Position numbers and translations under genes: made by a program | The notes under the pieces: generated by a model | Seen by the model: only the letters and a program-made list of their open reading frames with translations | Told to the model about the DNA's origin: nothing | The model's database searches: none | In this document: piece by piece, positions 17,002-28,004 of the stretch | How the letters are laid out: each line of letters begins with the position of its first letter | Numbering within the stretch: the stretch's first letter is position 1 | Source: Gammaproteobacteria bacterium | GTDB taxonomy: Bacteria > Pseudomonadota > Gammaproteobacteria > Pseudomonadales > JAHEGP01 | Assembly: GCA_030618705.1 (NCBI GenBank) | Contig: JAUXCW010000001.1 | Location: 1 to 62,359 of the forward strand | DNA: 62,359 bases | Reading direction: 5' to 3'

Positions 17002-19155
17002 CTACAGGAACAATTCGCCGCTGGCCGCCCTTTCCTCCAGTAAGGCCGGCACCGCGAAGGCGCTGCCGTAGCTGGCCTGGAGCTCTTTGGCGCGGGAGAC
17101 AAAGGCCTCCAACCCATAGGCGTTGATGGCCTGGAAAGCCCCACCGGTCTGGGCCGGAAAGCCGATTCCCATAATTGAGCCGATATTGCCGTCGCCAACG
17201 CTGTCGATCACCCCTTCTTCCATGGCCCTGACCGCCTCCAGGCTCTGGCAGAACCACAGTCGATCCTTGATATCCTGGTAGGGAATCTCCTTGTAGCCAT
17301 CGGCGGCGAAGGCATCCTTCAAACCGGGCCACATATGCTTCTTGCCGCCCTCGGGGTAATCATAATAGCCACCACCGTGGATCTTGCCCCGGCGGTCAAA
17401 CTCATTGACCATGCGGTCCAGCACCCGGATAGTGGGATTGTCTTCCCAGGATTTGCCCTGGGCTTCGGCATCCGCCCGGGCCTGCTGACCGTTTTTATAG
17501 GCCGTCTCCTGGCTGATTTCATCGATGGCGCCCAGGGGCCCGATCGGGGACCCGTTGTCCCGGGCGGCGGACTCGATCAAGACCGGGTTGATTCCATCCT
17601 CCAGCATTTCTGCCCCTTGGGAAACCGTGGCGCCGATAACCCGCGTGGTAAAAAAGCCGGGCGCATCGTTGACCACGATGGGCGTCTTACCCAGTTGCTG
17701 GGATAAATCGAAGGCCCTGGCCAGGGCCTCGTCCGAGGTCTCTTTCCCGCAGATAATCTCTACCAGGGGCATTCTCTCAGCCGGGCTGAAGAAGTGCATG
17801 CCGATAAAATTCGCCGGGCGAACCGAGGCCTCGGCCAATTCGCTTATCGGCAGCGCCGATGTATTGGAAGCGAACACCGCGCTGTCGGCCAATACCGCTT
17901 CGGTCTCTACCGTCACCGCCGCCTTGACCTCGCGATTCTCGAACACCGCCTCGATCACCATGTCGCAATCCGCCAGCGCGGCATAGTCATCGGTGGGAGT
18001 AATCCGCGCCAGGTATTCCTCCGCCTGCACCTCGTTGACGCGACGGTTTTTCTCGTAGCTCGACGCGGCATAGGCCTTGCCCCGCTCCGCGTTTTCCATG
18101 CTGATATCCTTGAGTACCACCTCGATGCCCTTTTGCGCGGCCAGGGCGGCGATACCAGCTCCCATCTGCCCCGCACCCAACAGGCCGAGCTTTTTGCACT
18201 CCGCCTTTTCGATACCGCCAGGCCGGCTCGCTCCGCGATTCAGCGCTTCCATCTGGACAAAGAAAGCCGTCATCATATTGCGCGAGACCTGGTCCAGCAG
18301 CAGGCTGAGGAAATACCGCGCCTCGATAGTCTGGGCGGTGTCGAAATCCACCCGTGTGCTATCCACAACGCAGGCAAATATGGCGAATTGAGCAGGCATC
18401 AGGCCCTTGGTCTGGGCAATGACATTGACCGGACCGAAGTAGGTCAGGCCCTGGTTGGCCGGGTCTGCGGCATCACCGCCCGGAATACTGTAGCCCTCTT
18501 CATCCCAGGGCTGTTTCGCCTCCGGGTTGGCCAGAATCCAGGCCCTGGCCCTGGCCGCCATATCCTCTTCGCTGTCAGCCAATTCGTCGAGCAGGCCTTT
18601 TTCCAGCGCCTTGTCAGCCTTGAGGCGCTTGCCCTGGCTGATCAGGGCGATGGCATCCTGCATACCCAGCAGGCGCGTCATTCGAACCACCCCCCCTGCG
18701 CCCGGCATCAGGCCGATCATGGCCTCCGGCAGGCCGACCTGGATGCCCTTCAGTGCAATGCGATGGTGGCAGGCGAGCGCGATTTCAAAGCCGCCGCCCA
18801 GGGCGGGACCGTTCATCCCGACCACGACGGGAACGCCCAGGGTTTCCAACTGCCTCAGGGGTAGTTTGGTGCTCTGGAGACCGTCGAACAGCTCGGTCTT
18901 TTTCTCCACCGTGGCATCGAGGTCCATCTCCAGCATTTCCTTGATATCGCCACCGGCGAAGAACTGCGCCGGCTTGCCGCTACGGACATAGACTCCGGCG
19001 ATACCGCCCCCGGCGACCATCGCCATCAATTCGACCAATGCGGCCTTCATCGCCTCATCGTACTCGAGGCCCATGGTATTAACCGTTTTTCCTGGCTGAT
19101 CAAAAATCAGCTCGACGATGCCATCACTGTCTTTTTCCAGGCGGATATATGCCAT
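17002..19155 (-). CDS. multifunctional fatty-acid oxidation alpha subunit (enoyl-CoA hydratase / 3-hydroxyacyl-CoA dehydrogenase)
   Basis: N-terminal crotonase fold (FFAGGDIKEM, GGGFEIALACHHR) plus a 3-HAD Rossmann (LGLLGAGQMGAGIA). 717 aa. Confidence 0.9.
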   Translation of the reverse strand: MAYIRLEKDSDGIVELIFDQPGKTVNTMGLEYDEAMKAALVELMAMVAGGGIAGVYVRSGKPAQFFAGGDIKEMLEMDLDATVEKKTELFDGLQSTKLPLRQLETLGVPVVVGMNGPALGGGFEIALACHHRIALKGIQVGLPEAMIGLMPGAGGVVRMTRLLGMQDAIALISQGKRLKADKALEKGLLDELADSEEDMAARARAWILANPEAKQPWDEEGYSIPGGDAADPANQGLTYFGPVNVIAQTKGLMPAQFAIFACVVDSTRVDFDTAQTIEARYFLSLLLDQVSRNMMTAFFVQMEALNRGASRPGGIEKAECKKLGLLGAGQMGAGIAALAAQKGIEVVLKDISMENAERGKAYAASSYEKNRRVNEVQAEEYLARITPTDDYAALADCDMVIEAVFENREVKAAVTVETEAVLADSAVFASNTSALPISELAEASVRPANFIGMHFFSPAERMPLVEIICGKETSDEALARAFDLSQQLGKTPIVVNDAPGFFTTRVIGATVSQGAEMLEDGINPVLIESAARDNGSPIGPLGAIDEISQETAYKNGQQARADAEAQGKSWEDNPTIRVLDRMVNEFDRRGKIHGGGYYDYPEGGKKHMWPGLKDAFAADGYKEIPYQDIKDRLWFCQSLEAVRAMEEGVIDSVGDGNIGSIMGIGFPAQTGGAFQAINAYGLEAFVSRAKELQASYGSAFAVPALLEERAASGELFL

Positions 19156-19219
19156 TGCTCTACTCGCTCTTAAGTTTGATCGGCCCGCGCACAGGCGGGC
19201 GAGGGTTCACATAGTTCTG

Positions 19220-20425
19220 CTAAACGCGCTCGATAATTGTGGCGATACCGATGCCGCCACCGGCACACAGCGCCACCAGGCCACGTTTCAGGTCCCGGCG
19301 CTCCAGCTCGTCCAGCAAGGTGCCCAGCACCATGCCGCCGGTGGCCCCGATGGGGTGACCCATGGCGATCGCGCCGCCGTTGACATTGATCTTGTCGTCG
19401 GGAATACCCAACAGGTCCTGGTAGCGCAGGATCACCGAGGCAAAGGCCTCGTTGAGCTCAAAAAGGTCGATATCGTCCACTGTAAGGCCCGCTTTGCGCA
19501 GTGCCTTCAAAGACGCCGGCCCCGGCCCCTCCAGCATGATGGTGGGCTCGGTGCCGATCAGCGCCGAGGTGACAAAACGCGCCCGGGGTTTCAAGCCGAG
19601 ATCTTTCCCCGCCTGCTCATTTCCTACCAACACCAGGGAGGCGCCGTCGACAATGCCCGATGAGTTACCGGGGGTATGAACGTTCTCGATCTCCTCCAGC
19701 TGCGGGTAAACCAGCCGCGCGACATCGCCGTGACCGAAATCGTTAAACATCTTGAAAGAGGGTTTGAGTTTGGCCAGCCCCTCCATCGTCGTATCGGGCC
19801 GCAGGAATTCATCGTGATCCAGAATCACCACGCCGTTCATGTCCCGCACCGGGACAATAGACTTGCTGAAATGACCGGCCTTCCAGGCCGCGGCCGCCCG
19901 CTGTTGGGACTGTACGGCGTAGGCATCGACATCCTCGCGACTGTAGCCGTTCAGGGTCGCCACCATATCGGCCCCCAGACCCTGGGAGATACCGTAGGTC
20001 TTCATCGCCACCCAGGGGTCACCCTGCGCCGCACCGCTGGCACCCATGCCCAACCGGGACATGGACTCCACACCGCCGCCACAGGACAGGTCTTCAATGC
20101 CCGCCATAACCTTGGCCGCCACCAGGTTGACCGCATCCAGCCCGCCGGCACAGTAGCGATGCAGCTGGGCACCTGTCGTCACATCATCCCAGCTGGAATA
20201 GGTGAGCGCGGTTTTGGTGATATTCTGGCCCTGTTCATTCACCGGCTCCCCGGTCGCCAATATCACATCCTCAACTCGCCGGGTGTCGAGATCGTTGCGC
20301 TCTTTCAACGCCTCGAGAAGATTTGCCACCAGGTCGATGGGCTTGACCTCATAGAGGCTGCCGCCGGCTTTGCCCTTGCCCCGCGGGGTGCGGATAGCGT
20401 CGTAAATAAATGCGTCCTGAGCCAT
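19220..20425 (-). CDS. acetyl-CoA C-acyltransferase (3-ketoacyl-CoA thiolase)
   Basis: [13 protein letters not shown], the active-site region [29 protein letters not shown] and [14 protein letters not shown]. Confidence 0.9.
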   Translation of the reverse strand: MAQDAFIYDAIRTPRGKGKAGGSLYEVKPIDLVANLLEALKERNDLDTRRVEDVILATGEPVNEQGQNITKTALTYSSWDDVTTGAQLHRYCAGGLDAVNLVAAKVMAGIEDLSCGGGVESMSRLGMGASGAAQGDPWVAMKTYGISQGLGADMVATLNGYSREDVDAYAVQSQQRAAAAWKAGHFSKSIVPVRDMNGVVILDHDEFLRPDTTMEGLAKLKPSFKMFNDFGHGDVARLVYPQLEEIENVHTPGNSSGIVDGASLVLVGNEQAGKDLGLKPRARFVTSALIGTEPTIMLEGPGPASLKALRKAGLTVDDIDLFELNEAFASVILRYQDLLGIPDDKINVNGGAIAMGHPIGATGGMVLGTLLDELERRDLKRGLVALCAGGGIGIATIIERV

Positions 20426-20666
20426 TTGAACACCTGCTTTAGCTTGTAAATCGGTTGAAAAACGGCGGCTTTTTCAAAGCGCGCTGAAATCACTGAAAAA
20501 GTGTTTTTAGAGTGGCCAGCAAGATAGCTCGCAGGCCTCAGAACACAATGGCAATTTAGGTCAATAATCGTGACCAAAGCTGCGAAGGACCATACCACGA
20601 CTTTTACCCAAGGCGGTCTATAATGACCCTACAGGCTCTATACAATGGCCATAACGAGCACCTGAC

Positions 20667-21374
20667 ATGGATCAATACGAAATCGTCTTCAAGGGTGAGG
20701 TGATGCCCAATCTCGAACCCGATCAGGTGGCGATTGCCCTGGCCAGGCTGTTCAATACCAGCCCGGATAAAATCACGTCCCTGTTCAACGGCAAGCCCCA
20801 CACTTTGAAGTCCGGGCTGGAGCGAGCCGCAGCTGAAAAATACCGCGACACCTTGAAACAAGCCGGTGCCATCGTCATTCTACGGCGACTGGGCATTCCC
20901 GAACGGGCGGCGGGAAGCAGGGCTGCAGCCCGAGGCAACGGTGGATTGAGCGTCGCCCCGATGGTGGGTAACCTGGTGCGGGACGAGGAGCGCGGTACCG
21001 TCGCAGCCCTCGCCGTCGATATCAGCGGCATCGAGCTGGCCGCCAATGACGATGCGCCCTTACAGCCACCCTCCGTGACGTCGGCAGCGGCCCCTGACAC
21101 CGATCACCTGAGCATCGCGGAAGCCGGCGCCGACCTGAATCCGGAGCGCCCTGTCCCGGCCCCTGCTCCCCTGGTGGACACGGACGCCATCAGCCTCGCG
21201 CCGCCCGATATCGAACGCCTGGTAGAGCCCGCGACGGAGCCCGACCCGCCGATCCCCGACACCCGCGCGCTGCATTTGGAACCGGAGGGTGAAATCCTCA
21301 AGCCCGACGAGAAACCACAGCAGGCAGCGGCACCCGCAATCGAAGCCGATTTCGACTTGTACGATCCCGAATAA
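20667..21374 (+). CDS. hypothetical protein: small N-terminal globular domain plus Pro/Ala/Asp-rich low-complexity tail
   Basis: ORF with GC3-rich codons. I did not recognise a family. Confidence 0.45.
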   Translation: MDQYEIVFKGEVMPNLEPDQVAIALARLFNTSPDKITSLFNGKPHTLKSGLERAAAEKYRDTLKQAGAIVILRRLGIPERAAGSRAAARGNGGLSVAPMVGNLVRDEERGTVAALAVDISGIELAANDDAPLQPPSVTSAAAPDTDHLSIAEAGADLNPERPVPAPAPLVDTDAISLAPPDIERLVEPATEPDPPIPDTRALHLEPEGEILKPDEKPQQAAAPAIEADFDLYDPE

Positions 21375-21400
21375 GCATGTCGCAGCTGCCCCTGCGCGGA

Positions 21401-22780
21401 TCAGCTTTTGGCCAGTGGGATACGCACAAGCACTCTCAAACCCGGATTATTTCCCTCCAGCCGCACAGTTCCCTGATGCAGTTGGACGACGGCGGCCACC
21501 AGGCTCAGGCCCAGGCCGTTGCCAGGCAACAGGCTGCGACTGGCTTCCAGCCGGTAAAAACGCTGAAAAACCTTTTCCCGCTCGGGTTCCGGAATGCCCG
21601 GGCCGTTATCGGCAACCATTATCTCTACCCATTCGGCATCCTGGTGTGCACTCACCTGTATCGCACCGCCCCCTGGCGTGTACTTGATGGCGTTGTCGAC
21701 CAGGTTGGCCAACATCTGGAAGAACAGGTCGCGATCAGCCCACAGCCCGGTCTCGCCGTGAATGGATAGCTCCAGCCGTTGCCCGCGATCACTACACAGG
21801 GGCTCGTAAAACTCCACCACATCCTGAAGCAGCACATTGACGCTGACGTGGCAAAAAGCGCTGTGACCACTGTCGGACTCGATACGGGCAATGCGCAGCA
21901 GTGCGTTGAAAGTACCCAGAATACCATCCGCCTCCTCGATCAGGCTCTGGACCTTGCTGTCGGCGGTGGCGTCACCCTCGATCTGCAATTCGCTCAGGTG
22001 ATTGCGCAAGCGGGTCAGCGGTGTGCGAAGATCGTGGGCAATATTGTCCGACACCTGTTTCATACCCGCCATCAAGGACTCGATGCGGTGCAGCATGGCG
22101 TTGAGGTTTTTTACCAGCAACTCATATTCGCTACCACCGGGCTGCACCGGGATTCTTTCGCTCAGGTCACCGTCCATTATGGCGTCGATACTGCGATTGA
22201 TGGACTCGATCCGGCGCAGGAAAATCTGGCTCATAATGGCGCCACCGATTGCACCAAGGCTGATAGTAACGATCATCCCGCGGATCAGGATGCCCGCGAC
22301 CAGCTTGTAATAACTCCTGACATCGTCGTAGTTGCGCGCCACCAGCAAACGGTTGCCGGCCTCCATTTCTGCTGAACGGCCGACGAAATCGCTGCCGTCA
22401 CCGAAATCGTCTTCTCGCAACAGGTACTGGTCGAAATTGAGCCAATTGCGAGGATAGGGTGAAAGCTGGGGCCACTCGCTCAGGTTTCCGGCCAGTTTGT
22501 GTCCCCGCTCATCGACCAGCAGATAAAAGAACACCGAGCCCCGGTGCGGCTGGGATCGCTCCTTGATAAAGCGCTCGACGCCGGCCTCCCCACCCTGCTC
22601 GTACTGTTTCAGCAGGGCGTTGAATTCGCTATCGATGGCATTGTGCACCTCATTGGTAAACTGGTAGGAGTACACGGCGTAGACAATGCCGAGCACCACC
22701 GTAACCGCCACACTGAGGACAATAATGTAAATCAGGCTAAAGCGAAAAGTAAAACTGGATAGAATCCTATTCAGGTTCAT
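21401..22780 (-). CDS. sensor histidine kinase (2 TM, HAMP, HisKA, HATPase_c)
   Basis: H-box SDNIAHDLRTPLT, N-box LANLVDNAIKYTP, G-boxes DNGPGIP and GNGLGLSLV. Confidence 0.9.
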   Translation of the reverse strand: MNLNRILSSFTFRFSLIYIIVLSVAVTVVLGIVYAVYSYQFTNEVHNAIDSEFNALLKQYEQGGEAGVERFIKERSQPHRGSVFFYLLVDERGHKLAGNLSEWPQLSPYPRNWLNFDQYLLREDDFGDGSDFVGRSAEMEAGNRLLVARNYDDVRSYYKLVAGILIRGMIVTISLGAIGGAIMSQIFLRRIESINRSIDAIMDGDLSERIPVQPGGSEYELLVKNLNAMLHRIESLMAGMKQVSDNIAHDLRTPLTRLRNHLSELQIEGDATADSKVQSLIEEADGILGTFNALLRIARIESDSGHSAFCHVSVNVLLQDVVEFYEPLCSDRGQRLELSIHGETGLWADRDLFFQMLANLVDNAIKYTPGGGAIQVSAHQDAEWVEIMVADNGPGIPEPEREKVFQRFYRLEASRSLLPGNGLGLSLVAAVVQLHQGTVRLEGNNPGLRVLVRIPLAKS

Positions 22781-23444
22781 TGAGCATGTAGCCGGCGCCG
22801 CGAACCGTATTCAGCAATGGCTTGTCAAAACCCTTGTCTATTTTTTGCCGCAATCGACTGATGTGCACATCGATGACATTGGTCTGCGGATCGAAGTGGT
22901 AGTCCCACACATTCTCCAGCAACATGGTGCGCGTGACGACCTGGGAGGCGTGCTTCATCAGATACTCGAGCAGGCGGAATTCACGGGGTTGCAGAATAAT
23001 GTTTTCACCGGCCCTGGAGACCTTGTGCGACAGCAGGTCCATTTCCAGGTCTGCCACTTTCAGCCTGGTCTGCGGACCGCCGCTGTCGCCTCGCCGGGCC
23101 AGCGCTTCGAGCCGCGCCAGCAGCTCGGCAAAGGCGAAGGGCTTGGTCAGGTAATCGTCGCCACCGGCCTTGAGCCCGACGACCCGGTCATCCACTTCAC
23201 CGAGGGCGCTGAGGATCAGCACCGGAGTATTATTACCGGCGGCGCGAACCCTCTTGATAATGCTCAGGCCGTCAAGGGTCGGCAGCATACGATCGATGAC
23301 CATGACATCGTAGTCGTCACCGCCCGCAGCATCCAGCCCCGCTTTGCCGTCAACCAGGTGGTCGACCCGGTAGCCACTCTCGCGCAGACCCTTGACGATA
23401 TAGTCCGCCACGCTTTGATCATCTTCGATGAGCAGTACGCGCAT
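22767..23444 (-). CDS. OmpR/PhoB-family response regulator
   Basis: MRVLLIEDDQ...VMVIDRMLPTLDG...LKAGGDDYLTKPF plus a winged-helix C-terminus (VHISRLRQKID...RGAGYML). Start trimmed to 23444 (AAGGA SD). Overlaps the kinase start by 14 nt. Confidence 0.9.
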   Translation of the reverse strand: MRVLLIEDDQSVADYIVKGLRESGYRVDHLVDGKAGLDAAGGDDYDVMVIDRMLPTLDGLSIIKRVRAAGNNTPVLILSALGEVDDRVVGLKAGGDDYLTKPFAFAELLARLEALARRGDSGGPQTRLKVADLEMDLLSHKVSRAGENIILQPREFRLLEYLMKHASQVVTRTMLLENVWDYHFDPQTNVIDVHISRLRQKIDKGFDKPLLNTVRGAGYMLNEPE

Positions 23445-23677
23445 ATTATTATCCTTGTTTACCGGGGTCATCGGCCCACCGCTGACAACCGTGTCATATT
23501 GCCTGAGCGGCGAGCCGCTGATCGGCCCAAGCATACCATGCATGGCGAGATTAGAGCAGCACCGCATGTCGCCCTCCGCCGCGGGAACCTGGGCCGCTCG
23601 CAACGGGGCCGGGATCGCCGACGATTTGCGTTTTCGCCATCAAGGCCTGCTAGAATAGCCTTTTGGCGGAGGAAAGT

Positions 23678-24196
23678 ATGACCGTGACCACACCCGGCCT
23701 GTTACGCCGCCTGGCGGCGATAGGCTACGATACTCTGCTGGTGTTCGCGCTGCTGTTCGCCGCCACCGGCATTTACGAGTATGCCCTGCAATGGTTGAAC
23801 CCGACGGCAAACCGTAGCGACACGGTCGGTACTGAACACGCAATCGGCGAAGTCCTTACCGGTATCGAACCGGTGGCCGCCGGGCCATGGTACAGCCTCT
23901 ATTTGCTTGGGGTGATATTTATATTCTTTGCCTGGTTCTGGCACAAGAGCGGTCAAACCCTGGGCATGCAAGCCTGGCGGTTGCGGCTCGATACTCTCGA
24001 TGGTGGCCGGATCAGCTACCCACAGGCGCTGCTGCGCTTTGTCGGCGCCTGGGTATCAGCACTGTGTTTAGGCCTGGGTTATCTCTGGGTCCTGTTCGAC
24101 CCAGATCACTGCAGCTGGCACGACCGCATCTCTCGCTCCCGGCTCGTGCAACTGCCGAAGGCCAAGCGCCAGCACTTACACCCGCCGCAGCAATAA
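23678..24196 (+). CDS. RDD-family membrane protein
   Basis: LLRRLAAIGYDTLLVFALLF...GQTLGMQAWRLRL...HDRISRSRLV. ATG at 23678 preceded by GGAGGA. Confidence 0.7.
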   Translation: MTVTTPGLLRRLAAIGYDTLLVFALLFAATGIYEYALQWLNPTANRSDTVGTEHAIGEVLTGIEPVAAGPWYSLYLLGVIFIFFAWFWHKSGQTLGMQAWRLRLDTLDGGRISYPQALLRFVGAWVSALCLGLGYLWVLFDPDHCSWHDRISRSRLVQLPKAKRQHLHPPQQ

Positions 24197-25240
24197 AAAC
24201 CCGAGAAGAGCGCAAAGCACGATGGGCAGCAACACCGCCTGCACCGTGGAGAAGTTGAACACCAGGCTGGCAGGTCCCAGCAGTTCCTGCAGCGTCCAGA
24301 AAACAATGCCGACAATGACCCCGGCGAACACCCGGTAACCCATCGTCACCTCGCGCAGGGGGCCGAAGACAAAGGAAATGGCCACCAGCACCAGGCTAAA
24401 AATAGACAGGGGCTGTAACATTTTTCGCCAGAATTCCAGCATATAGTAGTCGGAGTTGAGATCCTGTTCCTCTCGATAGCGGGAGTATCGCCACAGCGCC
24501 AGCGAGGAGAGTTGGTAGGGCTTGAGAATGAGAATATCCAGCAGCTCCGGGGTCAGCTCACTGTCCCAACGCATGACAGGATAAGACTTGCTGCGGACAG
24601 CATCGCGCTCGATACGGGTTTCGACAACCTGCTCCAGCAGCCACTGACCCTCCCCCTTCAGGTAAGTCGCCTTGCTCGCGGCGCGGGCCATCTTGAGTGC
24701 TCGTTGCTCATCGAAACTGTAAATGGCGATGCCGTGGACAACGCCCCCGGGCCGAACGATATTGAAGTGCATATAATCGTTGCCCTCTTTATTCCATACC
24801 CCGGTCTTGTACGAGAAAGCCTCGATCCCGGTTCGCAGCAGGTTCTTCCGCGCCTGGGCGGCTTGCTCGGTATAGGGCGCGACATACTCATTGAGACCGA
24901 CGGCCACCAGGATAATCAGCAAGGTGGGGCGAAACACAATCCAGGCGATACGGCTGGTCGATACCCCCGCAGCCCTCATCACCGTCAACTCGCTATTATT
25001 GGCGAGTGCGCCGAGGCCGATAAGACAACCGACCATCGCCGCGAAGGGTAACCACATGCGCACCTTGCCCGGGGCCGTCATCACCAGGAAGTACAGGGCC
25101 TCGATAAACGTGTAGTCGTTCTTGATGTAATCGAGCTCCTCGATCAGCCCGCCCAGCAGGTCCAGGCTGAGGATAACCAGCAACACCAGCATGATTGCGA
25201 GAAGCACCTGGGTGCTGATATACCGCGTCAGAATTCTCAT
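24176..25240 (-). CDS. lptG: LPS export ABC transporter permease LptG
   Basis: MRILTRYISTQVLLAIMLVLLV..., YjgP/YjgQ family. Second gene after lptF, with an ATGA-type overlap. Confidence 0.85.
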   Translation of the reverse strand: MRILTRYISTQVLLAIMLVLLVILSLDLLGGLIEELDYIKNDYTFIEALYFLVMTAPGKVRMWLPFAAMVGCLIGLGALANNSELTVMRAAGVSTSRIAWIVFRPTLLIILVAVGLNEYVAPYTEQAAQARKNLLRTGIEAFSYKTGVWNKEGNDYMHFNIVRPGGVVHGIAIYSFDEQRALKMARAASKATYLKGEGQWLLEQVVETRIERDAVRSKSYPVMRWDSELTPELLDILILKPYQLSSLALWRYSRYREEQDLNSDYYMLEFWRKMLQPLSIFSLVLVAISFVFGPLREVTMGYRVFAGVIVGIVFWTLQELLGPASLVFNFSTVQAVLLPIVLCALLGFLLLRRV

Positions 25241-26379
25241 GCCGCCGACCCGGGGGATGTCGCCTGCCGGTTACGGTGCAGATGAGGCGCAAAGCGGAAC
25301 CACCAGAGCGGCCCGTAGTAGAGCAACAGCCCAAGCAAGAAAAAGCCGAGATGGACTGGCCACAGGCCGATTGCTACGGGCAGGGCTTCGCTCTCCACCG
25401 CATCGCGGGCAGCGTTTAGCGATATCAGATAGGCCATATAAAGTAATACCGCCGGAAACATCTTGATAAAACGCCCCTGCCGCGGGTTGGTACGGCTCAT
25501 ACTGAGCGCCAGCAAGGTCACCACGGGAATAATCAGCGGTAGCGACAATCGCCATTGCAGGGTGGCCTGGTAACCGGGTTTGTCACTCCTGAACAGGGCC
25601 GCCGTCGGCACTGCATCCCGCTCCTCCCGACGGGCCAGCGAGGAGCGTCGGTCACTGATGCGCACGCCATAGGTATCGAACCGCGCAACCTGGTAGTCGT
25701 TTGCTCCCGGGACGCCCTCGAACTGGTAGCCGTTGTAAAGTTCTACGTAGCGATCCGCGGCGGGGCCCTTCACCACGATCCTGCCGCTTTCCGCCAATAC
25801 CATATTGACCCGGGGAAAGCGGGCGCCCTCTTCCAGGTCCTGGGCACTGGACAGGAATACGGTTTTCATTCGCGTCCGATCGCGGTACAGGCTCTCCACG
25901 TAGATCACCTGGCGCGCATCGTGAAAAGTGCGAAACTGCCCCGGCATCAGCACCCCGAGGCTCTCGGAAGTCTCGGGATCGGCGAGTATTTTTTGTACTT
26001 TGGCCTCGCCGGCGGGACTGAGATAGAGAGCGTTATACGCCATATAACACATCAACAGCAGTGCGGGCATAGCGGTATAGCCCAACAAGCGCGTGGGGCT
26101 CATTCCACTGGTAGACAGTACCACCATCTCGCTTTCGACATAGAGCCGACCATAGGCCAGCAATATGCCGATAAAGAAACCCAGGGGTAGTATCAGGCTG
26201 AGAAAATTCGGCATGCGGTACAGTATCATCAGGAAAACCACGTTGGCGGCTATATCGCCGGTGGCGGCCTGGTCGAGATGACGCACGAAGCGACCGCTCA
26301 TGATGATCAGCAGCACCACAAACGTGACTGCCAACATATTGACCAGCACTTCACGACTTAGATAACGGAAAACCAGCAC
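25237..26379 (-). CDS. lptF: LPS export ABC transporter permease LptF
   Basis: (V/M)LVFRYLSREVLVNMLAVTFVVLLI. Divergent from pepA, as in E. coli and Pseudomonas. Confidence 0.85.
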   Translation of the reverse strand: MLVFRYLSREVLVNMLAVTFVVLLIIMSGRFVRHLDQAATGDIAANVVFLMILYRMPNFLSLILPLGFFIGILLAYGRLYVESEMVVLSTSGMSPTRLLGYTAMPALLLMCYMAYNALYLSPAGEAKVQKILADPETSESLGVLMPGQFRTFHDARQVIYVESLYRDRTRMKTVFLSSAQDLEEGARFPRVNMVLAESGRIVVKGPAADRYVELYNGYQFEGVPGANDYQVARFDTYGVRISDRRSSLARREERDAVPTAALFRSDKPGYQATLQWRLSLPLIIPVVTLLALSMSRTNPRQGRFIKMFPAVLLYMAYLISLNAARDAVESEALPVAIGLWPVHLGFFLLGLLLYYGPLWWFRFAPHLHRNRQATSPGSAA

Positions 26380-26514
26380 TGCCTGTCGGGATCCCTTTTA
26401 TTCTTGCGCACAGCGCCCTTTGAATTGACCTGCCCTAACTATACACTATGCGAGCCCGGTAAAGCGCGCGCCACCCCGGCCAGCCACCAAAAACCCATCA
26501 CAGCGGATCAAACT

Positions 26515-27996
26515 ATGAACTTCAAGCTCAGCATTGCCAATGACTATGCCAGGGTAAAAACCGACTGCCTGGTGCTGGGTTGTTTCAGCGACCAGAAACG
26601 CTGGCCAGGCAGCTTGCCCACGACGACTCGCAAGCAGCTGACCGCACTGCAAGGGAGCGGGGACCTGAGCGGAAAACCGGAGGAGACCCGGTGGCTGTAC
26701 CAGATTAGCAGTGTGAGCGCGGGGCGAATCCTGTTGATCGGCTGCGGCCCGCGAGCCGACTGGGATGAAAAAGGCTACCGCGCCTTCCTCGGGGCAGCCG
26801 CCCGGCAACTACTCCGAAGCCCGGTAAAGACCGCCGCTTTTGCGCTACCCGGCAAGGTTCACGGCCGGGCCGGCGGTTGGCATGCGAGCCAGCTGGCCAG
26901 TACCCTGACTACAAGCACTTATCGCTACCACCGAACCCTCAGCAAGCCCGCAGCCAAACCCTCCCTGCACCGCGTCAACCTGTTACAGGACAGCAGTCGC
27001 GGCCAGGCACAGCTCAAGGCAGGCCTGCAGCGAGGGCAGGCCATCGGCAACGGCATCAATACCGCCCGCGAACTGGGCGATCTGCCAGGCAACATATGCA
27101 CCCCCGCCTACCTTGCACAACGAGCACGCAAGCTGGCCAAGGGCCAGGCCAGTGTCACCACCCGGGTACTGGAAGAAAAACAGATGGAGGCATTGGGCAT
27201 GGGCGCCCTGCTCTCCGTCAGTCGCGGCAGCGAACAGGCCGCCAAACTGATTACCATAGACTACCGCGGCGGTGATAAATCGACCTCTCCGGTGGCCCTC
27301 GTCGGCAAGGGCATTACCTTCGATTCCGGTGGCATCAGCCTCAAGCCCGGCGCCAGGATGGACGAGATGAAGTACGACATGTGCGGTGCCGCCAGTGTCA
27401 TAGGCACCATGCAGGCCCTGATCGAATTACAGGCGCCGGTCAATGTGGTGGCCATTATCCCGGCGTCCGAGAACCTGCCCAGCGGCTCGGCAACCAAACC
27501 CGGCGACATTGTCACCAGCATGGCCGGCCTCACCATCGAGGTTCTGAACACAGATGCCGAGGGGCGCCTGGTGCTGTGCGACGCCCTGAGCTACGCCGGG
27601 AAATTCAAGCCCAGCGCCGTCATCGACATCGCCACCCTCACCGGCGCCTGCATCGTCGCCCTGGGGCACCACAATGCCGGTCTTCTCAGTAACCACCAGG
27701 CCCTGGCCGACCAACTGCTCACCGCCGGCAGGGACAGCGGCGACACCGCCTGGCAACTTCCCCTCGAAAAGGCGTACCAGAAGCAATTGCACAGCAACTT
27801 CGCCGACCTCGCCAATATCGGTGGACCGGCGGCAGGCACTATCACCGCCGCCTGTTTTCTCTCGCGCTTCGCCGAAAAATACCATTGGGCCCACCTCGAC
27901 ATCGCCGGCGTCGCCTGGACCCAGGGAGCCAAAAAAGGCGCCACCGGCCGCCCGGTGGCGCTATTGCTGGAATACCTGCTGCAAGCGGCCAACTGA
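26515..27996 (+). CDS. pepA: leucyl aminopeptidase (M17)
   Basis: VGKGITFDSGGISLKP, MKYDMCGAA and NTDAEGRLVLCDAL are canonical M17 motifs. Start trimmed to MNFKLSI at 26515. Confidence 0.92.
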   Translation: MNFKLSIANDYARVKTDCLVLGCFSDQKRWPGSLPTTTRKQLTALQGSGDLSGKPEETRWLYQISSVSAGRILLIGCGPRADWDEKGYRAFLGAAARQLLRSPVKTAAFALPGKVHGRAGGWHASQLASTLTTSTYRYHRTLSKPAAKPSLHRVNLLQDSSRGQAQLKAGLQRGQAIGNGINTARELGDLPGNICTPAYLAQRARKLAKGQASVTTRVLEEKQMEALGMGALLSVSRGSEQAAKLITIDYRGGDKSTSPVALVGKGITFDSGGISLKPGARMDEMKYDMCGAASVIGTMQALIELQAPVNVVAIIPASENLPSGSATKPGDIVTSMAGLTIEVLNTDAEGRLVLCDALSYAGKFKPSAVIDIATLTGACIVALGHHNAGLLSNHQALADQLLTAGRDSGDTAWQLPLEKAYQKQLHSNFADLANIGGPAAGTITAACFLSRFAEKYHWAHLDIAGVAWTQGAKKGATGRPVALLLEYLLQAAN

Positions 27997-28004
27997 GTAC
28001 CGTC

